A DNA stretch of 64,000 bases from positions 32,001 to 96,000 of the forward strand of contig JAZDDX010000016.1 of assembly GCA_043809315.1 (NCBI GenBank), written 5' to 3'. Both the position numbers and the translations under genes were made by a program. Source of the DNA: Pseudomonadota bacterium. GTDB taxonomy: Bacteria > Bdellovibrionota_G > JALEGL01 > DATDPG01. Below, piece after piece: positions 1 through 10,030 of this stretch. The notes beneath the pieces are model-generated. The model saw only the letters and a program-made list of their open reading frames with translations. It did no database searches and was not told the origin of the DNA. Position 1 is the first letter of the stretch. Each line of letters starts with the position of its first letter.

Positions 1-274
1 CCTGCTGAATCTCCTCGGGTAGCGTGGAGATGTAATCTCGCTTCTCTTCGAAGCTCTCGAACGAGAGCGATCGATTGAGTGCCGTGTTGATTTCATCCAG
101 CTTCTCGCGGAAAAGGCGGAACAGTTCTTCCTGTCCCTTGGTGAACGTCACACGGATCGCCTCCGACTTGAAGAGAAGGTGGTTCCCTTTCCTCCCCTCC
201 TCGAGAATGAACTTGAACTTCGCGATCTCGTGCATCGTCTTTTCGACCGTCAATTTACCGGCGGGCTGATCCAC
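1..274 (-). CDS. hypothetical protein, 5' part (runs off the window edge)
   Basis: Open frame read by hand from GTG at 274: MDQPAGKLTVEKTMHEIAKFKFILEEGRKGNHLLF...; codon usage like neighbouring genes; not in ORF track because it has no stop in the window. Confidence 0.6.
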   Translation of the reverse strand, partial: MDQPAGKLTVEKTMHEIAKFKFILEEGRKGNHLLFKSEAIRVTFTKGQEELFRLFREKLDEINTALNRSLSFESFEEKRDYISTLPEEIQQ

Positions 275-457
275 ATCCCAAATATATGTACGGTTCCCTG
301 GGCGTCAAGGGGACCGAAGATCGAACCCCGGGGGTCCGAAGTTCAGACCCTCGGTTCTCCAAGGCCGTTGTAACCACTCAGAACGGCTCGATTCCTATTC
401 TGGCATCCGAAATGCTCCAAGGAATGCACATGTTTCACCTCCTTCCCCGGCTACCCC

Positions 458-485
458 TTGATGATTATACCAATTTAGGTATATT
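458..485 (+). promoter_or_regulatory. sigma70-type promoter with embedded operator for the TA operon
   Basis: TTGATG (458-463), 16-nt spacer, TATATT (480-485); inverted repeat TATACC-N6-GGTATA (466-483). Confidence 0.6.
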
Positions 486-489
486 CTAG

Positions 490-756
490 ATGAAGAAGTG
501 TTGGGTCGTTGTCGTGGACAAACGTGTGGGAAAGCAGCTCAGGAAACTCCCTAAACAGATCGTGGAAATTCTTGCGCAGTTAAGACATGACCTGGAAGAG
601 GAGGGCCCGATGCCCAAAGGTTGGATCACGAAACATGTCCATGGGAGGCCGGGTCTGTTCTCAGCGAGATTAAAGAGGGAATACCGCGCCCTCTATGAGG
701 TGGCCGATCCGACCATTGCGCTGATCTCGGTCGCCCATCGGAAGGAGGTCTATTAA
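490..756 (+). CDS. type II TA toxin, RelE/ParE (HigB-like) family
   Basis: 88 aa, basic; ...FSARLKREYRALYEV...ISVAHRKEVY C-terminus typical of the RelE fold; lies upstream of an HTH gene. Confidence 0.85.
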   Translation: MKKCWVVVVDKRVGKQLRKLPKQIVEILAQLRHDLEEEGPMPKGWITKHVHGRPGLFSARLKREYRALYEVADPTIALISVAHRKEVY

Positions 757-758
757 GA

Positions 759-1127
759 ATGTCCGGCAAACAGCTTGTGGGAATGGTCCTGAAAAGGCAC
801 CCGGAACTGGGCAAATTGCCCGACCGCCAACTCCGCCTCGTGCGAACCGCCCTCGAAGAGATCGCCTCCCTCTCTTCGCAACAGACTCTATCCCCAAAGG
901 AGACGGCTCGCCTTTTTCGGGGCTTCGTTTCTGATTCCGGGAAACCTTCGGCTGCCCTTCGAGCGTATCGATACCGCCTTGGGCTGACACAGGTCGAGCT
1001 GTCCGCGAAGTGTAGAATCCCTCAGCCACACATCTCAGCCATGGAAGCGGGGCGGAGGACGATCGGCTTGTCCGCCGCAAAGAAACTGGCGCTGGCCTTG
1101 GGCGTCGATTTTCGAAAAATGATTTGA
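759..1127 (+). CDS. XRE-family HTH antitoxin (HigA-like)
   Basis: C-terminal HTH LRAYRYRLGLTQVELSAKCRIPQPHISAMEAGRRTIG; starts 2 nt after the toxin stop. Confidence 0.85.
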   Translation: MSGKQLVGMVLKRHPELGKLPDRQLRLVRTALEEIASLSSQQTLSPKETARLFRGFVSDSGKPSAALRAYRYRLGLTQVELSAKCRIPQPHISAMEAGRRTIGLSAAKKLALALGVDFRKMI

Positions 1128-1132
1128 ATAGC

Positions 1133-1996
1133 TCAGCTTGGCGCCCGGAGGGCGTGGCCGAGCTTGGACATGATCTGGTAGAGAATCTCCTTCGCGTCGC
1201 AACGGTGGACGATCCGGTCGAGCATGCCGTGCTCCAGCAGGAACTCCGCGCGCTGGAATCCCTCGGGGAGCTTCTCCTTGATCGTCTGCTCGATGACGCG
1301 GGGGCCTGCGAAACCGATCAACGATTTCGGCTCGGCGATCTGGACATCCCCCAGCATTGCGCAGGAGGCCGCCACCCCCCCCGTCGTCGGGTCGGTCAGG
1401 AAACAAACGAACGGCACTCCGCTTCGCCTCATCCGGGCCAATGCCGCACTCGATTTCGCCATTTGCATCAGCGAAAGAATCCCCTCCTGCATCCGCGCCC
1501 CGCCGCTCGTCGTGATCACCAGACACGGCTTCCGTTCCAAATGCGCCAACTCGAACGTCCGGGTGAGCTTCTCCCCCACCACGGAGCCCATGCTCCCCCC
1601 CATGAACTCGAAAATGAACGTCCCGCAGACGATCTCGAGGTCCTTGATCCGCCCGCGGCCGTAGACGTACGCCTCTTTCTCCTCCCCCGCCTTTTCGTAC
1701 GCCTTGATCCGATCCCGGTATTTCTTGAGATCGCGGAACTCGAGCGGGTCGGCCGCCGTCATGTTCGCGTCCAGTTCTTCGAAGCTCCCCGGTTCGAGGA
1801 TAATGTTCAGCCGCTCCCGCGAATCGATCCGGAAATGGTGCTGGCACTTCGGACAGACCATCAGGTTCTTCTTCAGATCGTCGTGGAACATGATCTCGGA
1901 GCAGGTCGGGCACTTCGTCCAGAGCCCTTCCGGGAAACTCCCCTTCTCCCCGGTCGCATCGATCTTGGGTGCTTTGATTTTCTCGATCCAGGACAT
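1133..1996 (-). CDS. accD: acetyl-CoA carboxylase carboxyltransferase beta subunit
   Basis: GLWTKCPTC...VCPKCQHH zinc finger, FMGGSMGSVVGEK, SGGARMQEG, GFAGPRVIEQT; start moved to MSWIEK. Confidence 0.97.
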   Translation of the reverse strand: MSWIEKIKAPKIDATGEKGSFPEGLWTKCPTCSEIMFHDDLKKNLMVCPKCQHHFRIDSRERLNIILEPGSFEELDANMTAADPLEFRDLKKYRDRIKAYEKAGEEKEAYVYGRGRIKDLEIVCGTFIFEFMGGSMGSVVGEKLTRTFELAHLERKPCLVITTSGGARMQEGILSLMQMAKSSAALARMRRSGVPFVCFLTDPTTGGVAASCAMLGDVQIAEPKSLIGFAGPRVIEQTIKEKLPEGFQRAEFLLEHGMLDRIVHRCDAKEILYQIMSKLGHALRAPS

Positions 1997-1998
1997 CG

Positions 1999-2766
1999 TC
2001 AGAACTCCATCGTCATTCCCGGTTCCAGCATCCGGAGCCGCGGGTCGTCGATCTTTCGAAGTTCCGTCAGGATCTCTTGTTCGTACGGAGCTTTCAAGTG
2101 GTAGATGAAGATCGAGACCTCGTTGCCGCTGATCTTTCCGATTTCGCGGGAGAGCGTCTCGGACGTGTGATGCCCACTTTTCCGCGCTACGTCCGCCATC
2201 CGGTTCGGAAGCGAGCACTCGAGAAGGATCGCAACGATCTCGTTCCCGCGCCGGTTCGCTTCCTTCCAGACCGCGTCGGTCGGCCCGGTGTCCCCCGTAT
2301 AGAGAACCGTCCCTTTCGGCCCCTTGAAAAACATAGCCACGCACCCACCCAGATGGTTGACCGGAACCGCATGGACCTCGACCCCGCCCACATGGAACGG
2401 ACGCCCCGGCTCGAACACTTCATACCGGAGAATCGGTTTTGCTTGGGAGGGTAAAGAGGTGAAGTCGGGCCAGATCCTGTTGTTAAAAAGGTGTGCTCGT
2501 ATCGCCTCGATCGTTCCCGCCGTCCCGTGCACCGTGACGGGGTTTTGAAAAACAGCGAAGACGTTCTCGGAGAAGAACGCCAGATCCTTGGAGTGGTCCA
2601 GATGAGGATGGCTCAGGAGAATGTCGGTGATCGCGCCCTGCTCCTGCAAGGTCAGGCGGGAGGCGGCCGATCCCATGTCGACGAGAACCGATGAGTCGAT
2701 GAGAAAGCTGCAGGGATGGAACCGTCCCAGTTCGCTCCCCGAACTCCCCAGTACTTTGAAGATCAT
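1999..2766 (-). CDS. MBL-fold 3',5'-cyclic nucleotide phosphodiesterase (class II-like)
   Basis: VLGSSG, LSHPHLDH metal motif, HLFNNRIWPDFTSLP, GDTGPT, ECSLPN, IYHLK. Confidence 0.8.
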   Translation of the reverse strand: MIFKVLGSSGSELGRFHPCSFLIDSSVLVDMGSAASRLTLQEQGAITDILLSHPHLDHSKDLAFFSENVFAVFQNPVTVHGTAGTIEAIRAHLFNNRIWPDFTSLPSQAKPILRYEVFEPGRPFHVGGVEVHAVPVNHLGGCVAMFFKGPKGTVLYTGDTGPTDAVWKEANRRGNEIVAILLECSLPNRMADVARKSGHHTSETLSREIGKISGNEVSIFIYHLKAPYEQEILTELRKIDDPRLRMLEPGMTMEF

Positions 2767-4040
2767 CTTGGTCCTTCCGCGCTTTCCGGAACCCGGATGA
2801 TGTCGGCGCCGACGGCCGACAACTTGGTTTCCATCCTCTCATACCCCCGATCCAAATGGTAGATCCGGAGGACCTCGGTCACTCCCTCGGCCGCCAGTCC
2901 CGCAAGAACCAGAGAAGCGCTGGCCCGCAGGTCGGTCGCCATTACGGGTGCCCCAATCAACTTCGGTACCCCCGTGACCGTCACGACCGATCCTTTCGTC
3001 TTTAAGTCGGCCCCCATCCGGATCAACTCGGAAACGTGCATGAACCGATTCTCGAAGATCGTTTCTTTGACAGTGCTCGTGCCGTTCGCGACACAGAGAA
3101 GGGAAATGAGTTGCGCCTGCATATCGGTGGGGAACGACGGGAAGGGAGCGGTCTCAAAATTCACCGCGCGAATTGGCCTCCGGCCGCGAACTCGAAGCCC
3201 ATGGGGATCTTCGATAATCTCCGTTCCGGTGTCCCGGAGTTTCGCAATGACGGCCGCGAGATGCGACGCATTCCCTTTCCGCAAAAAGAGTTCGCCGCCG
3301 GTGATCGCTCCCGCCACGAGGTAGGTCCCGGTTTCGATCCGATCCGGGATCAATTCGCAATCGAAACCGTCGGGGTCCGTGACCCCCTCCACCTCGATCG
3401 TCGTAGTTCCGATCCCTCCGATCTTGACTCCCATCGAAAGCAACGTCTCGGCGACCGCCGTCACCTCCGGCTCACGGGCGCAATTTTCGAACCGGCTGAC
3501 CCCTTCCGCGCGTGACGCTGCGATGATCGCATTCGCCGTGCCGGTAACGGTCACCGTTTCGAAACGGAACTTTCCGCCACGCAGACGGGCGGCTTTCGCT
3601 TCGACATACCCTTCACTTAAGTGAATTTCGGCCCCCAGCGCTTCGAACGCCTTCAGGTGCTGGTCGATCGGGCGAACCCCGATCGCGCACCCTCCCGGCA
3701 TCGAAACCCGGGCTCTGCCAAAACGGCCGAGGAGCGGTCCCAGAAGAAGGACTGAGGCACGCATCTTCCGAACGAAGTCGTACGGTGCTTCGGTCTGGGT
3801 TAATTCCTTCGATTGGATCTCGATCGTCCGCCCGGACGACCGCACGTCGGCCCCCAGAGCACGAAGAATCCCGACCATCGTCTGGACGTCCTGAAGATTG
3901 GGCAGGTTCGTGATCCGGCATCCCTTCGGCGTCAGAAGCGTCAACGCCAGGAGGGGCAGCGCTGCGTTTTTCGCGCCGCTGATTTCGATCTCTCCGCGGA
4001 GGGTCCGCCCCCCTTGGATTCGCATCCGGTCGAGTGACAT
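2763..4040 (-). CDS. murA: UDP-N-acetylglucosamine 1-carboxyvinyltransferase
   Basis: SGAKNAALP, MRASVLLLGPLL, PGGCAIGVRPIDQH, FPTDMQAQ, IFENRFMHV, HLDRGYE. Confidence 0.98.
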   Translation of the reverse strand: MSLDRMRIQGGRTLRGEIEISGAKNAALPLLALTLLTPKGCRITNLPNLQDVQTMVGILRALGADVRSSGRTIEIQSKELTQTEAPYDFVRKMRASVLLLGPLLGRFGRARVSMPGGCAIGVRPIDQHLKAFEALGAEIHLSEGYVEAKAARLRGGKFRFETVTVTGTANAIIAASRAEGVSRFENCAREPEVTAVAETLLSMGVKIGGIGTTTIEVEGVTDPDGFDCELIPDRIETGTYLVAGAITGGELFLRKGNASHLAAVIAKLRDTGTEIIEDPHGLRVRGRRPIRAVNFETAPFPSFPTDMQAQLISLLCVANGTSTVKETIFENRFMHVSELIRMGADLKTKGSVVTVTGVPKLIGAPVMATDLRASASLVLAGLAAEGVTEVLRIYHLDRGYERMETKLSAVGADIIRVPESAEGPR

Positions 4041-4047
4041 TCGTCTT

Positions 4048-4887
4048 TTACTCCGATCTCCCCACGATCACACGCGGGATCCCCGCGAGATCGCTCTGGG
4101 TCGATTCAATCGTGAACCCGGAGGTTTGCAACAACTTTCTGACTCCGTCCTCCTGGCCTTCGCCGATTTCGAGGAGAATCGATCCTCCCGGAATCAAACG
4201 AGTCCGCGCCTGCGGAATCAACCGTCGGAACAGATCGAGGCCGTCGGGCCCTCCATCTAATGCGAGACGGGGTTCAAAATTGCTGACCCCGGGGTCGCAT
4301 GTGATGATTTTACCTGTGGGAATATACGGAAGATTTGCCGTGACGACGGTGATTGCTTCATGGAAGTCAGCGAGCAGATCGCCCTGGAGCCAGCGGATGG
4401 AAACGGAGTTCCGCTCGGCGTTCCGACGTGCAACTGCGAGAGCCGCTTCGCTTACGTCGATCCCGGTCATGTCGAGCGTGGGGAGTTGCTTCTTGAGCGC
4501 GATGGCGATCGTGCCGGGGCCGGTTCCGACATCGACGACGCGTGCGGAGGGGGTCTCGGAGAGTTTCTCGAGCGCGATCTCGACCAGCCGTTCGGTCTCC
4601 GGACGGGGGATCAGGACCGAGCGGTCGACGAAAAACGGAAGGGAGAAGAACTCCCGTTCGCCGGTCAGATAGGCGACCGGCTCACCGCTCCTCCGACGTT
4701 CCACGAAACGCTCAAACTCGATCCGCTCCTCGTCGGGAAGAAGGTGATCGCGGTCGCGGAAGAGAGCGGTCCGGTCGATCTTGAGAACGAAAGAGAGAAG
4801 GAGTTCCGCCGAGAGCCGGGCATCCGGCCCACCGAACTCGCGAAGGGTATCTTGGGCCCGGGCCAGAGACTCGGACCGGGTGGTCAA
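4048..4887 (-). CDS. prmC: release factor glutamine methyltransferase
   Basis: [41 protein letters not shown]; follows prfA. Confidence 0.95.
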   Translation of the reverse strand: MTTRSESLARAQDTLREFGGPDARLSAELLLSFVLKIDRTALFRDRDHLLPDEERIEFERFVERRRSGEPVAYLTGEREFFSLPFFVDRSVLIPRPETERLVEIALEKLSETPSARVVDVGTGPGTIAIALKKQLPTLDMTGIDVSEAALAVARRNAERNSVSIRWLQGDLLADFHEAITVVTANLPYIPTGKIITCDPGVSNFEPRLALDGGPDGLDLFRRLIPQARTRLIPGGSILLEIGEGQEDGVRKLLQTSGFTIESTQSDLAGIPRVIVGRSE

Positions 4888-5954
4888 TTCGCCCCTTCCC
4901 CTTTGAGCGCTTCGGTCTGGTAGTAGGTCCGGAGTGCCATGACGATCTCGGCGAGATCCCCCTCCATCACCTGATCCAAGCGGTGGAGCGTGAGCCCGAT
5001 CCGGTGGTCGGTGATCCGATTCTGCGGGAAGTTGTAGGTCCGGATCCGTTGGCTCCGGTCCCCCGATCCGACCATCAGTTTCCGGGCGGAGGAGATCTCC
5101 GCGTCCTGTTTCGCCTGTTCTGCTTCGAGCAGACGGGCACGAAGAACCCGAAGCGCCTTTGCCTTGTTCTTGTGCTGCGACTTCTCATCCTGGCATATGA
5201 CAATGAGACCGGTCGGGATGTGAGTGATCCGGACCGCCGAGTCGGTGGTGTTGACGCTCTGGCCCCCCGGGCCACCGGCGCGCATGACGTCGATGCGGAG
5301 ATCCTTCTCTTCGATTTTGATCTCGACCTCTTCCGCTTCCGGAAGAACCGCGACAGTAACCGCGGAGGTGTGGATCCGGCCACTTCCTTCCGTGGCTGGG
5401 ACCCGCTGGACCCGGTGAACCCCTCCCTCGTATTTCAAATGGCTGTACGCCCCGTGCGCTTCCACGAAAACGACCGCATCTTTGATTCCGCCAAGGCCGG
5501 TTTCGCTCTTCGTCATCACCTCGACGCGCCAGCTGTTCCGTTCGGCGTACCGAAGGTAGAGACGAAGCAGTTCCGCTGCAAAGAGCGCCGCCTCCTCCCC
5601 GCCGGTTCCAGCACGGATTTCGAGGAAGACGCTCTTTTCGTCATTCGGATCCTTCGGAAGCAAGAGAAGCTGGAGAGCCTTCTCGAGTTTCTCTTTTTGT
5701 GCGTCGAGCGAGGTGAGCTCCTGCCGGGCGAGATCCGCCATCTCCGGATCGGCCCCATTGCTCAGCTCGTGCGCCTGCTCAACTTCTGCCGAAACCCTCC
5801 GGTACTCGCGATAGGTCTCGACGACCTGACGGAGGTCGGAGAACTCTTTGGAGAGTTTCTGGAATTCGTCCTGACGGGCGATGACGTTCGGATCCGAGAG
5901 TCGAACGGAGAGTTCTTCGTACCGCAGCTCGACGGCTTCCAAGCGGGAAAACAA
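4884..5954 (-). CDS. prfA: peptide chain release factor 1
   Basis: [21 protein letters not shown] (PxT motif), [19 protein letters not shown] start. Confidence 0.98.
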   Translation of the reverse strand: MFSRLEAVELRYEELSVRLSDPNVIARQDEFQKLSKEFSDLRQVVETYREYRRVSAEVEQAHELSNGADPEMADLARQELTSLDAQKEKLEKALQLLLLPKDPNDEKSVFLEIRAGTGGEEAALFAAELLRLYLRYAERNSWRVEVMTKSETGLGGIKDAVVFVEAHGAYSHLKYEGGVHRVQRVPATEGSGRIHTSAVTVAVLPEAEEVEIKIEEKDLRIDVMRAGGPGGQSVNTTDSAVRITHIPTGLIVICQDEKSQHKNKAKALRVLRARLLEAEQAKQDAEISSARKLMVGSGDRSQRIRTYNFPQNRITDHRIGLTLHRLDQVMEGDLAEIVMALRTYYQTEALKGEGAN

Positions 5955-5963
5955 TGGATGCTT

Positions 5964-6179
5964 CTAGTTGGAAGTCTTCGGCGAGGCGCCGTACTTCTTC
6001 CGGAAACGGTCGATCCGTCCGGCGGTGTCCATCAACTTCTGCGTGCCTGTGAACAACGGGTGGCATTTCGAGCAGATTTCCACCCGAATGTTCTTCTTGG
6101 TCGAGCGGGTGTTGATCACGCTTCCGCAGGCGCAGGTGATCGTCGTGGCGACATATTCGGGGTGAATTTTCTCTCGCAT
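5964..6179 (-). CDS. rpmE: 50S ribosomal protein L31 (zinc-binding type)
   Basis: [28 protein letters not shown]. Confidence 0.98.
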   Translation of the reverse strand: MREKIHPEYVATTITCACGSVINTRSTKKNIRVEICSKCHPLFTGTQKLMDTAGRIDRFRKKYGASPKTSN

Positions 6180-6308
6180 ACGTGGTTTCTCCCTAACCCT
6201 TCAAAAAGGCTGCGCTTTGTAGCATACGTCCCCGGGCGGAGCAACTGGAGAAAGAGACGAAAAGTTGGATTCCTTCCGGGCCAAAAATGGTAAAAGAAAC
6301 GACCGGTT

Positions 6309-8045
6309 GTGAGAGAAAAGAACCTCGCCACTCTTTTCCAGAATCGCGTCTACCGCTTCGGGGGACGCCCGGCACTCATCTACAAACGGGGCGGGGCTTG
6401 GACGGAGCTGACGTTCGAACAGGTAGCCATCGCCGTGGAGGAAACGGGGCGCGGACTCTTGGCGCTCGGCGTGGGGAGTGGTGAACGAGTTGGCATTTTC
6501 GCTGATAACCGCCCGGAATGGCTCTATCTCGATCTCGCGATTCAATCGATCGGAGCGGTGTCGGTCCCGATCTATGCGGGGAGCTCGGAGGGGCAGTCGG
6601 AGTTCATCCTTCGCCATTCGGGAGCCAAGATCGTGGCGGTCGGAGGTGAGGAGCCGGAGAAACATCTTCTCTCGATTCATGCGAGAACGCCGTTTCGTAA
6701 GATCATCTTTCTCGACGAGACGGTCCACGAGGATGATTCGTCACTCGCGTCGTTCGCTTCCCTTCGTGAGCAAGGGCGAAGTGGAAAGGCGACCGCTTTC
6801 TACGATCGCCTCGAGAAAGTGGGCGCCGACGACCTCTCCACCCTTCTCTACACCTCGGGAAACGAGGGGGATCCGAAAGGGGTTGTACTGACCCACGGGA
6901 ATATCCTCGCGAACGCGCTTGGCGCTGCCTCGGTCTTCCCGATCGGGGAGGAGGACCGCTCACTCTCGTTCCTGCCGCTCAGTCATGCCTTCGCGCGAAC
7001 CGCCGGGGTCTTCGCCCCTTGGTCTCTCGGCTGCGCGATCGCACTCACGGAAAGCGTTTCGAAGCTGCCGGAAGACCTTCTTGAGGTGAAGCCGACGGTT
7101 CTCTTGACCGTCCCGGGGGTCCTGGAAAGATTCTATCGAAAGGTAAGGGAGGAGATCGCACACCGCAACCGCCTCGTCCGCTGGCTCTTCAAGATCGCCA
7201 TCCAACGTCGCGCGCGAGGGTTGGCCGGGGCTTTGTTCGAATCGCTCTTCTACCGCGCGATCCGGGAACGTTTCGGCGGGAAACTCCGACACCTCGTCTC
7301 CGGCGGAGCCGCGCTGAACCCGAGAGTGGCCGACTTCTTCGACACCATCGGGATCGGGATCCTCGAAGGGTACGGCTTGACCGAGGTTTCGCCGATCGTC
7401 TCCGTGAACCTTCCCGGCAACCGGCGAAAAGGAACCGTCGGACGTCCGATTCCGTCGGTCGAGATCCGGATCGCGGAGGACCGAGAGGTTCTCGTCAAGG
7501 GTCCGGGCGTGATGAAGGAGTACTTCGGCGATCCGGAAGCGACCCGCGCGATGATCGGATCTGACGGTTACCTGCGCACCGGCGACATCGGGACTCTCGA
7601 CAGTCATGGGTTTCTGACCTTGATCGACCGCAAAAAGGAGATCCTCGTGACGTCGAGAGGGAAAAACATCCCTCCGCAGGTCGTGGAGAACCAGCTCCGG
7701 AGTCATTCGTTGATCGAGCAGGCCTGCGCGATCGGAGACGGACGGGAATATCTGGCGGCGCTGATCGTCCCAAACTTCGTCCTACTCGCCGAATTGGCGA
7801 AGCGGCACCGGATCAGAACCGGTGACCGAGAGGCTCTCGTCCGCGATCCGACGATCCGCGGTTGGTTCTCCTCGATCGTCGAGCGGGTGAACAGCGGGCT
7901 GGCGCGCGACGAAACGGTCCAACGGTTCGAGCTTCTGACCGATCCGTTTACGATCGAAAACGGCGAGCTGACGCTCACTTTGAAACTTCGGCGAAACGTG
8001 ATCTTGAAGCGCTACGCGGCGATCGTCGGCCGAATCTATCTTTAA
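6309..8045 (+). CDS. long-chain fatty-acid--CoA ligase (AMP-binding)
   Basis: YTSGNEGDPKG, SFLPLSH, EGYGLTE, LRTGDIG, ELTLTLKLRR. Confidence 0.88.
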   Translation: MREKNLATLFQNRVYRFGGRPALIYKRGGAWTELTFEQVAIAVEETGRGLLALGVGSGERVGIFADNRPEWLYLDLAIQSIGAVSVPIYAGSSEGQSEFILRHSGAKIVAVGGEEPEKHLLSIHARTPFRKIIFLDETVHEDDSSLASFASLREQGRSGKATAFYDRLEKVGADDLSTLLYTSGNEGDPKGVVLTHGNILANALGAASVFPIGEEDRSLSFLPLSHAFARTAGVFAPWSLGCAIALTESVSKLPEDLLEVKPTVLLTVPGVLERFYRKVREEIAHRNRLVRWLFKIAIQRRARGLAGALFESLFYRAIRERFGGKLRHLVSGGAALNPRVADFFDTIGIGILEGYGLTEVSPIVSVNLPGNRRKGTVGRPIPSVEIRIAEDREVLVKGPGVMKEYFGDPEATRAMIGSDGYLRTGDIGTLDSHGFLTLIDRKKEILVTSRGKNIPPQVVENQLRSHSLIEQACAIGDGREYLAALIVPNFVLLAELAKRHRIRTGDREALVRDPTIRGWFSSIVERVNSGLARDETVQRFELLTDPFTIENGELTLTLKLRRNVILKRYAAIVGRIYL

Positions 8046-8124
8046 TTATAATATTTTCAGTATCTTGGAATAATTTACACGGGGGTACTCGCGTGGTATA
8101 GCCTCGCTCAATCGAAGGCGGAAG

Positions 8125-9993
8125 ATGACCGTACAACCCGATACTCTTTCGACCGTCGACGGAATCGATCCGGACCACCTGTTTCATCCGACGGTCGATC
8201 AACGCCCCGCGGAGATCGCTGAGGTCTCGGGCGCGGGGATCTGGCTCCTCGACCGGGAGATGAAGGTCCTCTTCATGAACCGGGTCATGGAGGAGATCTA
8301 CGGGTCGATCACCGGAAAGCCGGCGCCGTACTGTTATCAGCTCTTTCGCGGTCGAACCGAAAAATGTGCCGACTGTCTTCCCGAGCGCGCGTTCGCCACG
8401 GGGCAGATCATCCTCGGGTACCTCTCGCGTCTCACCCCGGACGGCGTTCATCGCTACTATCAGGTGATCGAGGCTCCGCTCCTGGACGAGAACAACCGGA
8501 TCACACGGGTTCTCGAGATCCTTCTCGACATCACCGAAAAAGGGCGTCTCGAACAGACCCTGAGAACCTCTGAAGCGGAATATCGGGCGCTTTTCGAACA
8601 TGCCGGCACGGCAGTGGCGGTAGTCGGGGAGGATGGCGTGATCCTCCGCGTCAACCAGCGCTTCGAGGAACTCTCCGGGTATTCGAGGAGTGAGATCGAA
8701 GGACACAGCCGATACGACCAATTCGTCCATCCGAAGGACCGACAGCGTCTTCTGACTCCGACGACAAAACCGAACGGAACGCCGGAACCGTACCAGTTTT
8801 CGTTTCTGAACCGCTGGGGGAACGAGCGATACGTTCACGCAACGATCACTCGCCTCCCCTCTCTCCATCACCAGGTCTTTTCGATGATCGATTTGACCGG
8901 CATGCGGAAACTCGAGCGCGAGATCTGGAGCAAAGACCAGTTCCTCGCGAACATCCTCCACCACTCCGTCGATGCGATCGCGGCACTGGATCCGCAAGAG
9001 TTGATCCGCTCTTGGAACCGGGGGGCGGAGCTGATGTTCGGGTACAGCTCGGACGAAATCGTGGGAAAACCTTTTTCCACGCTACTCCCCCCCGAATTCA
9101 TCCAATCGGACGAATTCGAACGGATCTCGATCCGGTTCCGGAAAGACGGCTTTGCCCGGAACGCCCTTCTCCCAGCGGTCGCAAAAGACGGACGGACGCT
9201 CACGATCAACATGACCCGCACGGCGATCACGGATTCCGAAGGGGGGGATCTCGGAAGCTCCGTCATGATCCGGGACGAGACGGAACAGCGGAAGCTCGAG
9301 CAACGGATGATCCAACAGGAGAAGACGCTGGCGCTCGGAGAGCTGGCCGCGGGACTGGCGCACGAGATCAAGAACCCTCTCAATTCGCTCGTGATCCATA
9401 CCGAAGTATTACGGGGTCATCTATCCGACCTGGCCGGCCCCCACCGGGCTGCGTTCGATCGTTACGAGGAGATCGTTCTGAAGGAGGTCCAGCGGCTCGA
9501 CAAGGTCGTTGAACGGGTTCTCAATTTTTCCAAGCCGATGGAGGGGGTTTTCGAGAGGATCGATCTGCGCGAAATCGTCACTCACGTGACTCAGCTCCTC
9601 TCGGCTCAAGCGAGCCGCGAGCATGTCGATCTCCGTACCAAGGTACCGGACAACCTGCCGCCGATCGAAGGGGTCCGCGACCATCTGATCCAGATCTTCA
9701 TCAACCTCCTGCTGAACGCCTTCCAGGCGATGCCGAAAGGGGGGGTGGCGACGATCGATGTCCGGAAGGGACAGAAGCAGAGCGTGATCGTCTCGATCTC
9801 CGACACCGGCGTCGGGATCCCGAAACCGAATTATGCCCGCGTGTTCGATCCGTATTTCTCCACGAAGGAGAAAGGGCGCGGGCTGGGGCTGCCGCTCGTC
9901 AAACGTCTCGTCACAACTCAAGGAGGCACGATCTCGTTCAAGAGTCGCGTGAACCATGGCACGACATTCATCCTCACATTCTCCTTCGCCTGA
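8125..9993 (+). CDS. cytoplasmic multi-PAS sensor histidine kinase
   Basis: Three PAS-like repeats, H-box AHEIKNPL, N-box NLLLNA, DTGVGI, GRGLGL; no obvious TM segments. Confidence 0.93.
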   Translation: MTVQPDTLSTVDGIDPDHLFHPTVDQRPAEIAEVSGAGIWLLDREMKVLFMNRVMEEIYGSITGKPAPYCYQLFRGRTEKCADCLPERAFATGQIILGYLSRLTPDGVHRYYQVIEAPLLDENNRITRVLEILLDITEKGRLEQTLRTSEAEYRALFEHAGTAVAVVGEDGVILRVNQRFEELSGYSRSEIEGHSRYDQFVHPKDRQRLLTPTTKPNGTPEPYQFSFLNRWGNERYVHATITRLPSLHHQVFSMIDLTGMRKLEREIWSKDQFLANILHHSVDAIAALDPQELIRSWNRGAELMFGYSSDEIVGKPFSTLLPPEFIQSDEFERISIRFRKDGFARNALLPAVAKDGRTLTINMTRTAITDSEGGDLGSSVMIRDETEQRKLEQRMIQQEKTLALGELAAGLAHEIKNPLNSLVIHTEVLRGHLSDLAGPHRAAFDRYEEIVLKEVQRLDKVVERVLNFSKPMEGVFERIDLREIVTHVTQLLSAQASREHVDLRTKVPDNLPPIEGVRDHLIQIFINLLLNAFQAMPKGGVATIDVRKGQKQSVIVSISDTGVGIPKPNYARVFDPYFSTKEKGRGLGLPLVKRLVTTQGGTISFKSRVNHGTTFILTFSFA

Positions 9994-10030
9994 GTCGATC
10001 CCGGATCCCCGTCCCCCGTCGAAAGGGGGG

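Noticed and set aside
4300-4345. PrmC NLPY instead of NPPY
   Set aside because: Common natural variant.
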